A stretch of 64,000 bases of DNA from Amoebidium appalachense (taxonomy: Eukaryota > Protista > Ichthyosporea), in NCBI GenBank assembly GCA_963693365.1, contig CAVNZM010000002.1, forward strand, positions 1-64,000, read 5' to 3'. Both the position numbers and the translations under genes were made by a program. Numbering within the stretch: position 1 is the first letter of the stretch; every line of letters starts with the position of its first letter. This document shows positions 11,863-22,837 of this stretch, piece by piece. The notes under the pieces were generated by a model. The model was given only the letters and a program-made list of their open reading frames with translations. It was not told where the DNA came from and ran no database searches.

Positions 11863-13201
11863 GCACGCGCACGCACACGCGCACGCACACGCACGCGCAC
11901 GCGCACATGCACACGCACACGCACATACACACACACACACACACCATTAGACACTGTGACCCTGTCGTGTGTGCATACTCGTGTATCAGAGCATAAGTGC
12001 CACAGAAGGCCATGCCAGTGGCTGGGTCTGCTCAGCCTTCACCAACAAGCGGGATCAAACGTGCGCTTGCAATGGTCAACTGTGCAGGTGGTCTGTGGGC
12101 ACGTGTGGCCAAATGTATGCTTGTCTGTATACGTCGTATTCGTGTGTGTGTGTGTGTGTGTGTGTGCACGCATAAACATGACTTTGTGTGTTTATGTGTG
12201 GGTGTGCACGTGTGCGTGTCGTTGCCTGTCGTTGCCTGTGCATGTGCACGTGTGCACACACTGTGTGTGTACGTCTTTGTGTGTGTGCGCGTGTGTATAG
12301 GCCTGTGTGTGTGCAGGTCTGCTGTGCATGTGTATACGTGTGCATCATGATGCAAGCGCGCATGCGGGCGCACACTGTGCGTGCATGCGTTAACACACAC
12401 ACACGCACATAGTCTTGTGGATAATGCGCGCTACTACACCCAGCCAGCTGCATTAGACTACGTGGGGTGTACGCGCCCACCCACCTGCAGGCGGCCACTC
12501 AGACCCTCCAGCTCTGTTTTTGGCGCACTCCCGAGGTTCTCCTCCGTGTACTGCACCCACCCCGCCCTCAGACAACCTGAACAGGTAGGGGAGAGAGCCT
12601 CACTATTGCTGGCGAACCGGAAAGTTCTATGTTTTACTTATGAGCACGGCCGGGGCTGTGGCAAATAATAGTGTTCAATCCCAGTCAAAAAGAAAAGAAA
12701 AGAAAAGAAGAAAAGAAAAGAAAAGAAAAGAAAAGAAGAGGAGAGGAAAAGCAACTTTTGGTTAAGTGTTCTTGCCCTTCATGCCACCAACCACCCACAA
12801 GGAAAACATCCAGCAGCAAGGTTCATGGATGCAGTTTACGAGGCAGATGGTGCAATGGATGGATGGAAAGAATAAAAGGAAACGCAGAGAAACACCTCGG
12901 GGACTAGTGAGTGGGGAGGGCCGAGAGGGGAAGAGAGGGGAGAGGGAGTTGGAAGGGAGGGGGGGTGGGGGTGGGGGGGGTGGGGGGTCGTACCTGTACT
13001 GCACGGGTGAAGAGTCTTGCAGAGGACTCACCCAGCCACCTCAGGCCATGGCTGACCTTTCCCACTGTGGCCTCCACGTCAAGGTTTGGAACCTCGGCCC
13101 CAGCTTTTCCTGCAACGTGGCGTAAGCGAAGGCAGGATAAGCAAGATGTGCCGGCACATTCTTTTTCTTTATAACCCACCTGGAAGGGGACTGGAGAACA
13201 T
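5068..13201 (-). CDS. SH3GLB: Endophilin-B-like N-BAR + SH3 protein, about 381 aa, 12 exons (13201-13180, 13109-12994, 12550-12485, 11221-11149, 10818-10690, 9513-9380, 8970-8878, 8583-8482, 6814-6696, 6411-6308, 5753-5653, 5154-5068)
   Basis: Manual splicing at GT-AG sites gives a phase-consistent 1146-nt CDS. It carries endophilin B hallmarks [41 protein letters not shown] and SH3 ARALYDYE...ELTL / [20 protein letters not shown]. The first exon and the exon 8 acceptor are less certain. Confidence 0.8.
6900..7930. repeat. About 1 kb G/A-rich low-complexity tract inside an endophilin intron
   Basis: Almost pure G/A on the + strand. It generates the spurious poly-Pro/poly-Gly ORFs at 6563-8194 and nearby. 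Confidence 0.9.
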
Positions 13202-14169
13202 GGTGGTGAAAGCGAAGAGGAGGATGACAGGCGGAAGGTAGGGGCAGCTACTCTGTCTGTGGCACCTCAACCACTGGAACTGGCGCACTCTTACTTCACG
13301 TAACAGACGCAAGGCGCATCCAGAAGCGCCTGACAGGACTTTTCTCTTTTTTTACGCTCGATATTCTAGAGTCTTGAGTCCTTAAGTTCCTGCCTGTAGC
13401 ACCAGTGCTGTACATGTTGTAGCAAGTTGTATATATGGTCAGAGTGGGAGCAGATAGAAGGCCATGTTGTACAAGTCAAACTTTCTTGACGGCGCGCCAC
13501 TTCTGGCCGTACTGATTCGAAAGATAAGAAAAGTGGTGGCGATTGGCGGATACGGCACCACTCGCAATCTCGTATTTTCTCCTTTTATTCGGTACTTGTA
13601 CTTGCATAAATTGCAAACTTTTTTTTACGAGAGGGTTTTTCCCAAAAACGCTTCTCCTGAAAAGCCCCACTCCATAATTCCTAAATAATATTTCCGTCAG
13701 TTCTTTTTAGATCTCTTGCCTCCCCACACACAGCTAAGAAGGCAGAAGTCCGTTCACTGTGTTCAAGTTTTAGCATTTAAGCTGCGCGTAGGGTTAAGCT
13801 GCGCGCATGCGTTTGTGGCGGTCCACAGAAGGGAGTTTTGCAAGTGACAACGACCCGCGCAGGCCTGTTTTGTGTGCCCCGGGTTGGGCGTTCTGTGTGG
13901 CGCTGGTGGGCTGGCGGGTGACCAGGTGGCCAAGTGTTTTTAACTTGCAGGGTGTGCATGAGCAAATTGGCACATGTTTGGATGTGGAACAGCAGGTACG
14001 CAGAGGACTTGAGGGATGCTGGCCTGTAGATAGTTGCCATTCCATTTTTTTGCACTCAACACTGTGCGCGGCGCAGAGGGATTCGTCATTTAGGTAGGCC
14101 CCGCGCCCCCTCCCCCTCCTCCCCCTCCCCCCCCCCTTCCCCGGCCCCCCCAAAGAAACGCACACACAC

Positions 14170-15209
<1,040 letters not shown>

Positions 15210-15432
15210 TTGATGAGTGTATGGTTCTTCTTTCCTTTCATACACGTTGCTCTCTCCATCACCCTTGTGTTCATGCCTCTTACCAAGGTTCTGCGGGCAC
15301 GAACTTTGGTTTATCCCTTCCCATTTATACGCAGCACATGCACAAACAGTCGATGCACACCAGTCATCAGCCAGGGTGGTGGGTGCACTTCAACTGACTG
15401 GTGTGTGGGTAGGTGTGTCAGTGCCTGTGTGG

Positions 15433-15760
15433 ATGGGCCGGCAAGATGAGCCGCTTCAAGGTCAGCAAGGTGCAGGTGTGTGCAGTGCTTATGTGTGTCT
15501 GCTTGCAGCAAGCGTGTGTGTGCAAGGCCGAGGGCACCTTAGTGCATTTGATAGCACGTGAATAAGGAGAGAGGGCAGAATCTGGGAAGAAGAGGGGGGG
15601 GGGGGGGGGGGGGGCATTATGTATTTTGGCCGTGTTTGGTTTGCTGCTGTTTGTGATTGCTTTACACGAGGGAATATGGGTTGATTTTAGTCGTCTTTGA
15701 TTGGCTACAGGCTGGTAGGTTCCACAAAGGGGTACTGTTTGGACTTGGAAGGAACGACCC

Positions 15761-15802
<42 letters not shown>

Positions 15803-18800
15803 ATATAGTAGTCAAGAACTTAAACATAAATTAATTTTTTGTCTTCTGTTCCTCGTTTGCACATGCTTTGTCCACTATATACCCTCCCCACCCTATTCTA
15901 CCCCACCCCTCAACACACACACACAAACACACACCACACACACACATACAGCGCACATATTGCATACTTCTTGTTTGAGTATTACGTTCCCAATAGGTTT
16001 ATGCTTTCGTATGGTGTACCGTAATTCAAACCCCTTCACCACCACCACCACACACACACGCATGCACACACATGCATACACACATCACTCGCTTTACTCG
16101 TGGCTCGAGCTATTTTCCCTCTTCAGCCATCTTCGACCCCACCCCTCCCCCCTCCCTCCCCCTCTCCTACGTCCCCTCCCCCAAGCCAGCATGGGTTGAA
16201 ACTTGGGGAAGAATATGACTTTGGGGCCCAATTTGTTCTTTTTTGCATTGTGCGTTATACACCCCCCCTCCCCTCCCCCCCCTCTCCCGGGCTTCTGCTC
16301 CTCTCCAGACACAGCCCTTGACTACTTACACTCTCTGAAATGCAAAGCTCTCCCACGATTAACCACCGTCCTGCCCACCAATACTGTGTATACACTCAAG
16401 TACCCATGATGCACTTGACTAGCCGTGCCTCGGTTCCACAAGGGATGCATGTTAAGTCCGTGTGTGTGTCTTTAAGCACCCCCTGTGCCATGTGCTGACA
16501 TGCAGATGTTGGGGCGCAGGAAGACGACCAGAAACCACCACCCCCAGCACCCAGCCCAGCCCCCGACCATGCAGAGTCTGTCCCTCAGGTGGCCGTGCTT
16601 TCTTTCCTTTCTTTCCTGTGATCACAGGGGTTGCCTCTTGATGTTACAGACACACAGTGCTGCATTTGTGTCGGGGCCAACTAGCAGGGAAAGATTGTGT
16701 TAGGATGTACCTTCTGTATCAGGTTGTGTTGTGGCTATGAGTGTGACCTGACCAGCACCAGATATTCCCCACTGACACAGGCCCACAGGATACGGGCCAG
16801 GATGCACCCACCACCCTTGCTGCTGTGCCTGAGCATGAGTCCAGCAGCCCAGCCGAGCACCCTGTTGTTCCCCACAGCCCCACGGCCACAGCCAGCCCAC
16901 CTGCCGGGGTGGGTGATGGGCCCCAGGCCCCAGTGAGGGCACAGGGAGAGGAGGCAGTCAGAGGGCGGTTTGCTGTCAAGACCGTCACAGGGCAAGACCC
17001 AGACAGGGACCAGCCCAGGACAGTGCGGCCCAAGGTGCGCAGAGAGGTGTCGTGGCATGCAGGCAGCAGCAGCAGCAGTGAGGAGGAGGCCCATGTGCCT
17101 TTGGCCCAGCCACCCCGCCAGCCAGACACAGGGGGGACAGAGGGAGTGCAGGGGAGGCCCAGCCGCTTTGCCGTGCGGGCGGTGGAGGAGGGGGCAGGGC
17201 GCAGCGACACTGGGGTGATGGAGGCTAGGCTGGGCCGGTTTGTGGTGCAGCGGGGCAACGACTTTGAAGTGCTGGGCGGTGGCGGCATGCAGCCGGTCAC
17301 CCAGCCAGCCACCAAGCAGGGCCGCTTCACCATGCGGCCCGTCAGCGACACAGAGACCCCCGGCACCCCCAGCCCGGATGCCGGTGGGGCCTCACGCCTC
17401 CTGCCCAGAAAGGTGGCTGGGCGGGTGGCAGGCAGGAGCACAGACAGCAATGTGTCGCGGGGGGTGGGGCCCAGCGTACAGAGTCCCTGCCGAGGGACCA
17501 CGACCCACCAGGCACGCCGCGGGGCAGCGAGTCCCAGGAGTCCCTGGGCCAGCTACGGGACCTGGGCCTGGGGCTTCGCCACCCCAGTGTGGGCCGGTTC
17601 ACCATGGCGCCCCTCGAGAACATCCAGGAGGGCGAGGGCCCTGTGCTGCGGCCGGGCAGCCAGCCCTGCACCGAGTACAGCAAAGGGAGGTTCAGCATCA
17701 AGGACTTCCCCCCGGCACGGCCACGGCCCCCAGGCCCCGACAGTGAGGGTGGGCGGCCGGCGCTGCCGTCGTTTGGCAGCCTGCCCAACATGGGCCTGCT
17801 GCCCAGCCTGGCCATGGCCCTCGGTGGCCCCCGTGACCTGCAACCAACCAGGGTCGAGTCCATGCCCCCGCCAGAGCCCCATCCCGATGCCGTGCCCGGC
17901 CCACCCCCCATTCAGCCGCCAGACCCCCAGGCGGGCCTTGGGGGCCAGCAGCCAGGGGCTGGCTATGCACAGGGTGGGGCCTGTATGGCGCCACGGGGGC
18001 CTGGAGGTGTTGGGGTGTATGGGGGCCCACCCTATGCCATGGCCTTGGGGGGTGAGGCCGTACCCGTGGGCTATGCAGCTGTGGCCACCCCCCTGGCCGG
18101 GCCACCAGGGACACTGGTGTACGGGGTGCCGGCATATGTGGCCGCAGCAGGTGGGCCTGGGCCCATGCCCCCCCACACCTTCATGGCCCCACTCCCGCAG
18201 CCCAGCCAGGCCGACTACTCGCCAGAGCCCCCGCTGCCCCCTGGGGCCACGTGGGAGGACGGCCAGGCCATGGCCCCAGCCACCCCTGTGCCCGATGCCC
18301 GGCCACCAGTGGGGGCCACAGACCTGCCGGCGTCCCCCCCAGCAGGCGGGGGTGGGCGGGGGCGGCGGCGGCACGGGGAGATGGTTGAGTGTGGGCACGT
18401 GGTGCGGCGGCTGGAGGTTGTGCAGGCGCAGAATGTGGACCAGCAGCGCCGCCTCAAGGCCCTGCTGACGTTCCTCAGGCCCCCGACCCTGGACCACCAG
18501 CGGTTGACTGAGCCCGTGGCCCCCCTGCTGGTATGTGCACATGGGGTGGCTTGGTTCGGCCATGTAATGGGCATATGGGGTTCACCGCTCTCACTGTAAC
18601 CCCGACTTGTAATGCGCCGGGGGGGGGGGGGGGGGGGATATGGTATGAAGGTGTGATGGCTAAATGCTACCAGTGTTTCTGACTCCCCCCCTGTGCCCAC
18701 AGGACAGCATCCGTCTACAGCTGACCCTCCTTGACACCGAGCATGAGCTACTACAGGCCGAACAGGACCAGCTAAGAGCAGAGCTACTGGCCCACGGCAT

Positions 18801-19044
18801 AGCCCCACCCCCCCTGGGCCAGCCCCCGGCCTCACAGTCACCGGGGCCTTTGGGTGCCGGGGCCACGTCAAGATCCTCCACCCCCACCTCCTACACGTCG
18901 GCTGCACCCCTGGCCTCGGCCTCACAGACACAGCTGCCCCATATCCCCACCCTGACTGACGCACAGGCCCCCACCCACGGGGCACAGTATGCCACTTTCC
19001 CGCGGTATGCAGGGCTGGCTGCAAGGCCAGGTGTATTGGGCTAG
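15433..19044 (+). CDS. Proline-rich disordered protein with multiple RFx[V/I/M] motifs and a C-terminal coiled coil (probable exons 15433-15475, 16506-16588, 16789-18530, 18703-19044)
   Basis: GC-rich coding-like sequence with phase-compatible GT-AG junctions. Motifs GRFAV, SRFAV, GRFVV, GRFTM x2, GRFSI, and heptad-like DSIRLQLTLLDTEHELLQAEQDQLRAELL. One extra G in the G-run at about 17459-17464 is needed to join track ORFs 16825.. and 17589... The 5' and 3' ends are uncertain. Confidence 0.65.
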
Positions 19045-19867
19045 ATAGCAGGCACACTGCTCTATGAATGAATGCAATGAGTGAATGAAAATAAACGTTA
19101 GCTTTTCTTGTTGTTTGTTGCACATGCCGCAGTTCAGTTCTGAATGCCCATTTCGGGAAGGGGCCAAGTGGTTGCACCTTCCCAAACTAATGCACCCACG
19201 ATAAAATCATGGATGTTAAATTGACCGTAAACACAGTGGTGCACGTACGGTTTGCTTGTTTGTATCCAGAAGTAGTGTGTCTGGGAGCTGTGGCCTCTCC
19301 CACGTGCCCAACAAGCATGCATCCAACACACGTGTTTGCTGGCCCCACACCCATTACGGTCCTATGTTGGCTGGCTCAGTACAAGGGCACACTAACAATG
19401 CTATGTTAGTCCCACTAATCAATGTGGTTCGCGGCGGAGGGATAGGGTCTGACTCAGGCAACGGGTTAGTAATCGAAACTTTTGATAACATCTACACAGT
19501 CTTGCCAACATCCGCTCCATCCAAGCCCCATGAGCACGTGCACATGAAAAAAATTAAAAGACGTGCGCACCAACTTTGAATTGCAAACACACAATCTACA
19601 TGCACGTGCAACTATTTTAGGACTAGTCCGGACACATTACATTATACAGATGTACATGCCACACGTACTTGCAACAAAAATAACCCTGGGCCAAGGACTA
19701 GCGTGCAAGCGCGCACTGAAGACACAGACATCCAGCATGTACATGCAATTTCTTAATACTGCGCAGAAAGCCTTTCCGTCATGCATTCTTGTATTGGCAT
19801 TAATGGCAATGACATGCACACCGGACACGTTAGGCCAAGGATATCCAGCCGATTATCCACCCGCAAA

Positions 19868-19900
<33 letters not shown>

Positions 19901-20067
19901 ACCCACCCACCCACCCACCCACCCTTGGCCACACAACATGTTACCCACCCGCCTCGACTAGTACTTTCCAAGGCAAACTCAGGTTCTGGCATTACTCCCA
20001 ATATTGGTGTTCAGAATTCCGTAAGTTTGGTCCTAGGCCTCGTGTAATAACGCCCCCCCCCCCCCCC

Positions 20068-21308
20068 TGTTGGAAGTAGAGTCCGCTGTGACTAGGGTCG
20101 TCGTGGCGCGCTTGGGCGCTGACCCGTTTTTTACTGCTTTCAGTGTGTTAACTCCATGACTGAACTCCATGACTGAACTCCATGACTGAACTCCATGACT
20201 GAACTCCATGACTGAACTCCATGACTGAACTCCATGACTGAACTCCATGACTGAACTCCATGTCTGCACCTGGCAGAGACGTGGCTTATATACCCGTGGG
20301 GCAGCAGTCTGGAATGTAATCCGGATGCCAGGCGCTAATCGGATTGGTTACTTTCATTTAGATATCTCTGGGACCAGTGAACCAATCGTTTGCAGTCAAA
20401 ACACAATTGGCAACATTCCTCAACTATGCAGATGTGCATGTGGTGATCGAGTGTCAGCATGTGTCTATGTACACGGAACCAATTGTAAAGCTAACATACA
20501 CATATAGTGGAGTGAGCGTAAGTCTGCACTCCAACACCCCTACCCAATTGGAGAAGTGTACACACCACTAGAGAAGAGAGAGTGAGTGTGGCTGCTTGCA
20601 GGGTAGACCGGGGTGTGCATTCCACTGTGGTGCGTGCCCCGCCAATGAAGTGGAATACTTGACGTTGATGTCGCAGGCTGCTGCGGATGGAGTTTGTGGA
20701 AGCGAAAGTCTCTACTTCACGGAAATACGCTCGCGGGTGTAGGGTACAGCCTAGAAGTCGGTTTCTGGGCTCCTCCGTTCAAGGCGTCGTAGGGGACGTG
20801 AAGTTAGAGGCCGCGGTGTCGTGTCTGGGCCCATAACCCTGTTGGAAGTAGAGTCCGCTGTGACTAGGGTCGTCGTGGCGCGCTTGGGCGCTGACCCGTT
20901 TTTTACTGCTTTCAGTGTGTTAACTCCATGACTGAACTCCATGACTGAACTCCATGACTGAACTCCATGACTGAACTCCATGACTGAACTCCATGACTGA
21001 ACTCCATGACTGAACTCCATGACTGAACTCCATGTCTGCACCTGGCAGAGACGTGGCTTATATACCCGTGGGGCAGCAGTCTGGAATGTAATCCGGATGC
21101 CAGGCGCTAATCGGATTGGTTACTTTCATTTAGATATCTCTGGGACCAGTGAACCAATCGTTTGCAGTCAAAACACAATTGGCAACATTCCTCAACTATG
21201 CAGATGTGCATGTGGTGATCGAGTGTCAGCATGTGTCTATGTACACGGAACCAATTGTAAAGCTAACATACACATATAGTGGAGTGAGCGTAAGTCTGCA
21301 CTCCAACA
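20068..21308 (-). mobile_element. TRIM (non-autonomous miniature LTR retrotransposon), family A copy 1
   Basis: Two 469-bp TG..CA direct repeats (20068-20536, 20840-21308) around a 303-bp non-coding core. Minus-strand PBS GGGTTATGGGCCCAG (about 20825-20839) and PPT GGGTAGGGG (20537-20545). Inserted in a poly-C run (TSD ccccc). Confidence 0.92.
20150..20266 (+). repeat. 13-bp tandem repeat (AACTCCATGACTG) x8 plus 1 degenerate unit inside LTR A (also in the partner LTR at about 20922-21038)
   Basis: Directly visible. Copy-2 LTRs have only 2+1 units. Confidence 0.95.
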
Positions 21309-22090
21309 CCCCCCCCCCCCCCCCCCCTCCCCCCTCCCCCCTCCTCCTCCTCTCCCCAGTAGGCAAGAATGCGTTATAGGGCGCTAAGTGTTGGAATATA
21401 CAACACCAATATCACCATTATCATTACTAAGTATATTCTACTAGTGCTAGTTCGTTGTCTATCTGCTTATTTAGCGAGTGTGATTATGCGCTCCGCAATC
21501 CGATCTTGTGGTGAGCAGTTACGTAATAGCTTTGGACTGGATGACTCACTGCCGTTTGATTGGCTCGGACCGCACCGCTTGCAAGTCCCGCTGGATGGGA
21601 CTAGGGCTCGGTTAGCTGTATGCTCTACTGTACCCGATGTATTTTCCCGAGAGCACAATTGGTTCAAGAGCAAACCGAGTTGTACTTCCCCGCGGAGTAT
21701 ATAAACTCGCCACAAATTCATAATAAACAGGGAGTTATATTGATGACTGACTGTTACACAGACTCTCCAACACCGTGTGAACACTTGTGTGATACTTGGG
21801 TAATAGTGCATGCAGCCTTAGTGCATGCACACTTAGTAGGTAGTATATTGCACCCACATAGAGACTGATCACCTCCGTGTGTGTGCGCGCAACAACTATA
21901 CACTCTACTTGTGTTAAGTGCAGACTCTGCTACGTGTGGGAAGGTAGTTTTCTCTCAGGTTTTGTGCATTCGCAACGCTTCCACTGCTTCGAAAATGGCA
22001 CCAAGGTCGAATGATAGGCATAGACTGACCGGTAGCATTGACTGGGTGGCGTTTGAGCCGTTGTGGCTAGCTTACGCTAAGTCCAAAGGG

Positions 22091-22523
22091 TATCAGAATA
22101 AATGTGGAGCAGAGGCAGGATTCGGTCCTATGACCTCTGTAAGAGACAATCACTTCTACAAAGCGGGTCGAGAGCAGAGAGGTTCGCAGGAAGTGGTTTG
22201 AGATCTCGGATCCTCCGGTACCATCTGAGCACGGCCATCTAGAAACACCTACTAGATGGCCGTGCATCTGAGGATGGTCCGGCTGCTTTATATACCTGCG
22301 CGGATGCCAGTCCGCGAATACATCGTCCAATAGGATTACAGATAGTCTCTCAGGAATCAGGATAGATCGGGATTATGTACTAGCCAATAGGAAGACAGTT
22401 ATGGTTCCTGGCGAATGCGGCCTCAGGCGGTCCCCAAATACGCGGGGGCGGGATAGGCGGGAACAGGCTAAGTACGCGACTGGGAAGAGCAGGAATAAAC
22501 AGATAGACTATTCTATCATAACA
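22091..22523. mobile_element. Probable old solo LTR (family E) interrupting C gag
   Basis: 433-bp insert. Removing it restores ...AKSKG|FADCYLAP. Ends TA(TG?)...AACA with an imperfect TSD aaggg/agggg and an internal TTTATATA. Confidence 0.6.
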
Positions 22524-22837
22524 AGGGGTTTGCCGACTGTTACTTGGCACCCCTTTCCACCCAGGCTCGCAGGAAGCGTCGTTCATCCCCTGCGCCAGCT
22601 GGCAACGTGTCTGCCAGTCGAGGCTGTTGTGGAGGCCACGCCCCAGCGCGGCGGCCAGCAACAGCATGATGTTGACCGTGATTCCGGCATCCCTAATGAC
22701 GGCCCTAGTGTCAACACCGACCCCTCCCGTGTTGAGGAGGATACCCGTGCGGCGCCCTGCCCCGCCCTGCGCCAGCCCCAGTACAGCTCGGACTCTGAGG
22801 CCGATGATGGCAGCGATGGTGAGCGTGCCAGCATGAG

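Noticed and set aside
13464-13780. Weak inverted repeat and short ORFs in the endophilin/RFxV divergent spacer
   Set aside because: Arms too short and degenerate, no TSD, no coding signal.
17455-17470. Possible programmed frameshift in the RFxV protein
   Set aside because: The shift falls in a G homopolymer and one extra G restores a sensible frame, so a sequencing/assembly indel is more likely. It should be checked with reads.
20150-20266. Regular short repeat array resembling a CRISPR or telomeric array
   Set aside because: Head-to-tail 13-mers with no spacers, embedded in an LTR. No cas genes and a eukaryotic context.
20247-20507. Four-copy ORF MTELHVCTWQ...
   Set aside because: Incidental frame within LTR A, antisense to the element, with the stop position varying between copies.
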